In this document: positions 60,836 through 64,000 of the stretch, in pieces
Numbering within the stretch: the stretch's first letter is position 1
How the letters are laid out: each line of letters starts with the position of its first letter
Source of the DNA: an uncultured candidate division Zixibacteria bacterium
Lineage (GTDB): Bacteria > Zixibacteria > MSB-5A5 > GN15 > FEB-12
Assembly (NCBI GenBank): GCA_963735035.1
Contig: CAVTJJ010000004.1
Span: forward strand, 288,001 to 352,000
Direction of reading: 5' to 3'
DNA: 64,000 bases
The notes under the pieces: model-generated
What the model saw: the letters and a program-made list of their open reading frames with translations, nothing else
What the model was told of the DNA's origin: nothing
The model's database searches: none
Position numbers and translations under genes: made by a program

Positions 60836-61796
60836 ATGAAGTATCGCAAGATCGGCAAGTACGGGATCAAAGTATCTGAAATTTCACTCGGCGCCTGGCT
60901 GACCTACGGCAATACGGTCGACGCCAAACGGACCGCTGAAATCGTCCACGCGGCCCTCGATGCCGGGGTCAATTTCCTCGATATCGCTGACATCTACACC
61001 AAAGGTGAAGCCGAACGAGTGGTCGGTAAGGCGATTGAAGGCCGTACCCGTACCGATCTGGTGATCTCCAGCAAAGTGTTCTGGCCGATGAGCGAAAACA
61101 TCAACGACCGGGGTCTCAGCCGCAAACATATAATGGAGTCGGTCGAGAAATCGCTCAAACGGATCGGCACCGACTATCTCGATTTGTATTTCTGCCACCG
61201 TTTCGACAAAGACACTGAGATTGAGGAAACGGTCCGGGCAATGTCCGACCTCGTATCCCAGGGAAAAATTCTCTACTGGGGAACGTCGGTCTGGGAAGCC
61301 GATCAGATCGAACGGGCGGTGGGTGACGCACGAGCGCTCGGCGGGTATCTTCCGGCCATTGAGCAACCGCGCTACAACATGCTCGACCGTCATATCGAAG
61401 ACGCCATCCTGCCGACCTGCGCTCATCACGGTATCGGAATGGTTGTCTGGTCGCCGCTGGCGCAAGGAATGCTTACCGGCAAGTACAACGACGGCGTCCC
61501 GAAAGGAACGCGAGGGGCCGATACGATGTGGTTGACGGGGCAACTCACCGAAGACAACCTGAACAAAGTAAAACAGTTGAGCGTTCTGGCGCAGGGAATC
61601 CGGCATGAGCCTCATACAGTTGGCGCTGGCCTGGATCCTGCGTCGGCCGGAGATCAGCTCAGCGATTGTCGGCGCCACTAGCGTATCACAACTGCAAGAA
61701 AATCTGACCGGTGGCGACGTCGTGCTGGACGCTGAACTCATAGCCAAGATCGATGCTATCATCGGCCAGATTAAGAGTACCCGGTTCAAGCTCTAG
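60836..61796 (+). pseudogene. Aldo/keto reductase (Kv-beta-like), frameshifted near 61595 (or assembly error)
   Basis: DIADIY, SSKVFW, DLYFCHR, WSPLAQG in one frame; QLALAWILRR..IVGATS..QLQEN in another. Confidence 0.8.
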
Positions 61797-61946
61797 GCCG
61801 TTTCTAAATGTGATTGAGGCCTTGGGCTTGTGACATATTTTGTCTGCGACGGGTCTACACTATCGGAAGTTGCGTCAGGTCTTGCCCCCGACTTTGTCGG
61901 GGGTGTGACCTGACGCGTGACCGATGACGAACGAGTTCGTCACGCC

Positions 61947-62075
61947 GTCATTGCGAGCGAAGATGACCCGCCGTCAGGCGGGACGTCGTAGCGCGGCAAT
62001 CTCATAGTCGTTGGAGCGGCACCAATTGAGTTCGCCACGTCTCGCCCACGAAGCGCGGTCGAGACTCGCGATGAC
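61947..62075 (+). repeat. RPE-like palindromic element
   Basis: Same core as the other six copies. Confidence 0.9.
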
Positions 62076-62159
62076 AAACCCGGGACCTGTCACAACAAAT
62101 GGACATCGACCTTCCACCCAAACTGGTGGAATAGACTGCTATTTGCAAAGGAGATAGAC

Positions 62160-62663
62160 ATGTTTCACACCATCGAAGAATTCACTCTAGGCTGGAATTA
62201 TGAATCACAGGGTACCCAGAAGCTCCTGGATCAACTGACGGACAAATCCCTCGCCCAGGCGGTGGCGAAGGATCATCGCACGATTGGGCGAATCGCCTGG
62301 CATATCACCACGGCCATCCCCGAAATGATGGGGCATACCGGATTGAGACTTCCGGCCGTTGATGCTTCCGCGCCCGTTCCGAAAACCGCGGCCGAGATCG
62401 GGAAGGCGTATGCGGCCGTCTCGAAGCAGTTGCTGGAACAGGTCAAGGCCAACTGGAAGGATGCCACGCTGCTAACCGTCGATGAAATGTATGGCGAGAA
62501 GTGGCCACGCGGCATGACTCTGGATGTGCTTATCAAGCACCAGACACATCATCGTGGCCAGTTGACCGTGCTTATCCGCCAGGCTGGATTGCCGGTACCC
62601 GGCGTTTATGGTCCGTCGAAGGAAGAATGGGTCAAGTACGGTGCCCCGGCCCCGGAGATCTAG
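62160..62663 (+). CDS. DinB family protein
   Basis: IAWHI, HQTHHRGQLTV..RQAG..VPGVYGP; AAGGAG RBS. Confidence 0.92.
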   Translation: MFHTIEEFTLGWNYESQGTQKLLDQLTDKSLAQAVAKDHRTIGRIAWHITTAIPEMMGHTGLRLPAVDASAPVPKTAAEIGKAYAAVSKQLLEQVKANWKDATLLTVDEMYGEKWPRGMTLDVLIKHQTHHRGQLTVLIRQAGLPVPGVYGPSKEEWVKYGAPAPEI

Positions 62664-62681
62664 GCGGCGATCATACGATCA

Positions 62682-62847
62682 ACGTAGGGCAGAACCCGAG
62701 CCTGTCGCGGGCGAGCGGTTCTGCCATCGTCGGCAGGTTCGAAGACGGACCTGCCCTACGGTCTGTTGCCAATCCGCAAGTCATGCTGAGCTTGTCGAAG
62801 CATGACGGGTAATTGAAAGGTCACCCTTCGACAGGTTCAGGGTGACT
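62682..62847. repeat. REP-like palindrome cluster
   Basis: cgtagggcag...ctgccctacg; gtcatgctgagcttgtcgaagcatgac; gtcacccttcgacaggttcagggtgac (related copy near 39285). Confidence 0.75.
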
Positions 62848-62892
62848 AAGTATATTGCTTCTTTAGAGATACACATACCGACCTGGTTGTAT

Positions 62893-64000
62893 CTATCTGT
62901 TCTCCGAATCAGGACCTTCAAAATCAGAGCCAAAGCCCGGGCCCAGCAGTATCGCATTGACCAGCATCTGCCGAGATCCATAGAAATAGGCGCGCTCATT
63001 GGGATCGGTGGCGAACAGGATTACCTGGCCACGCCCCTTAGATTCGCGGGTAGTATACGCTGTGTTGGCCCAGCGCGTGCGAGCCTCGGGCCAGAGCAGA
63101 CCGGACATGCGAAGATCCTTCTCGCCGGCCAGGCGGGCGACCGTCTTGACCGGCGCCTTCGCCAGCAAGGCGTCATCCGTGTACATCATCACTGGTAGAG
63201 ACCGCGCCAGACCGAACGACAACCATTCTTCGATATCGAGCTCGGCCTTCATGATCACGCCGCGTGGGAAGAACTTCCGCTGCCACTCATCGGCTCGCTT
63301 CGCTTCCTCGAGGCTAGGTGCGGGTGCCTTCTCTTTCTTGGTCGTATCGGCCTTCACCTTTTCCGGATACCACAATGCCAGGGTATCGACTTCCGGGCTT
63401 TCGGCCTGACGCTCACGGGCTACACTCAGATCGAATTCCTGAAGCTTATCGAGGACCTGTTGCCGCAGCCGCACCTGGGAGAGGCCACTGGACGAATCCG
63501 CCGCCCAGACGGCGGACTGGCCCATGCAGATTAGGGTGCCGCCGTCCTCGACCCATTCCTTGAGAGTGCGGCGTCCTTCGTCGCCGATCGAGTAGTCGAG
63601 CGGCCCCCAACTGCTGGGCACAATGAGAACGTTGTAAAGGCTCAGATTCTGTTCGGCGAGTCGCGACACGCTTACCAGCGATGCGGGCACACCCAGTTCC
63701 TGATCGAGCATGAACCAGGCAGTACCGAATGAACTGGTGCTGATGCCGTCCCCGCCAATGAGACCGATAGTCGGTTTCTTCAGGAGACGAAACGTCTCGG
63801 CGCCAAGATAAGAGCCCTTTTCGCTGCGTCCGGTGTTGATCCCGAAAATATCGATGCCTATTTCAGCCGCGAGCTTTTCGAGTATTTGTGTCAGATTATC
63901 CGGGTTGCCGCGTTTACGAATCACTATCGATCCGGCCGCATACTCACGACCCTCCACGGTAAACGGTTTCTCGGAGGAATACATAACCAGATCCTGATCG
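62893..64000 (-). CDS. C-terminal part of a large M14 zinc-carboxypeptidase-type protein (5'-truncated by window edge)
   Basis: YAAGSIVI, SFGTAWFMLDQ, LKEWVEDGGTLI, LRMSGLLW, GRGQVILFATDP..RAYF; catalytic domain would lie outside the window. Confidence 0.7.
   Translation of the reverse strand, partial: DQDLVMYSSEKPFTVEGREYAAGSIVIRKRGNPDNLTQILEKLAAEIGIDIFGINTGRSEKGSYLGAETFRLLKKPTIGLIGGDGISTSSFGTAWFMLDQELGVPASLVSVSRLAEQNLSLYNVLIVPSSWGPLDYSIGDEGRRTLKEWVEDGGTLICMGQSAVWAADSSSGLSQVRLRQQVLDKLQEFDLSVARERQAESPEVDTLALWYPEKVKADTTKKEKAPAPSLEEAKRADEWQRKFFPRGVIMKAELDIEEWLSFGLARSLPVMMYTDDALLAKAPVKTVARLAGEKDLRMSGLLWPEARTRWANTAYTTRESKGRGQVILFATDPNERAYFYGSRQMLVNAILLGPGFGSDFEGPDSENR

Overview
GC-rich bacterial window. 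The FlgD/T9SS-type NYPNPFNP C-terminal sorting domain, exosortase/EpsI and TPR-sigma54 activator suggest an FCB-related lineage such as Zixibacteria (inference only). It contains scattered exopolysaccharide genes (two nucleotide-sugar dehydrogenases, Wzz/GumC, Wzx, CapK-like ligase, gmd/rmd, exosortase+EpsI, a nadE-like/ACP/ligase/asnB module), a TetR-TolC-HlyD-ABC-2 efflux operon, a tdh-acpS-acs-ACP-kbl operon, an IS110 element, and many palindromic repeats and MITEs. The best candidate for an undescribed system is at 26.1-32.6 kb. A TPR-sensor sigma54 enhancer-binding protein is translationally coupled to a secreted protein carrying DHPWGDDE, and a separate 25-aa ORF ends in DHPWGGDE. The operon's 3' UTR has a perfect 12-nt complement of the peptide gene's RBS. 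Immediately downstream is a consensus sigma54 promoter with a UAS-like palindrome and IHF-like site, reading into a ~100-nt putative sRNA. Together these resemble a peptide-signalling circuit (RRNPP-like sensing, LuxO/Qrr-like output). Other highlights: a stand-alone ~300-nt structured RNA candidate, an IS110 bridge-RNA target loop matching its own REP insertion site, and a nucleotide-cyclase-like/PIN fusion. All calls are by eye; no searches were run.
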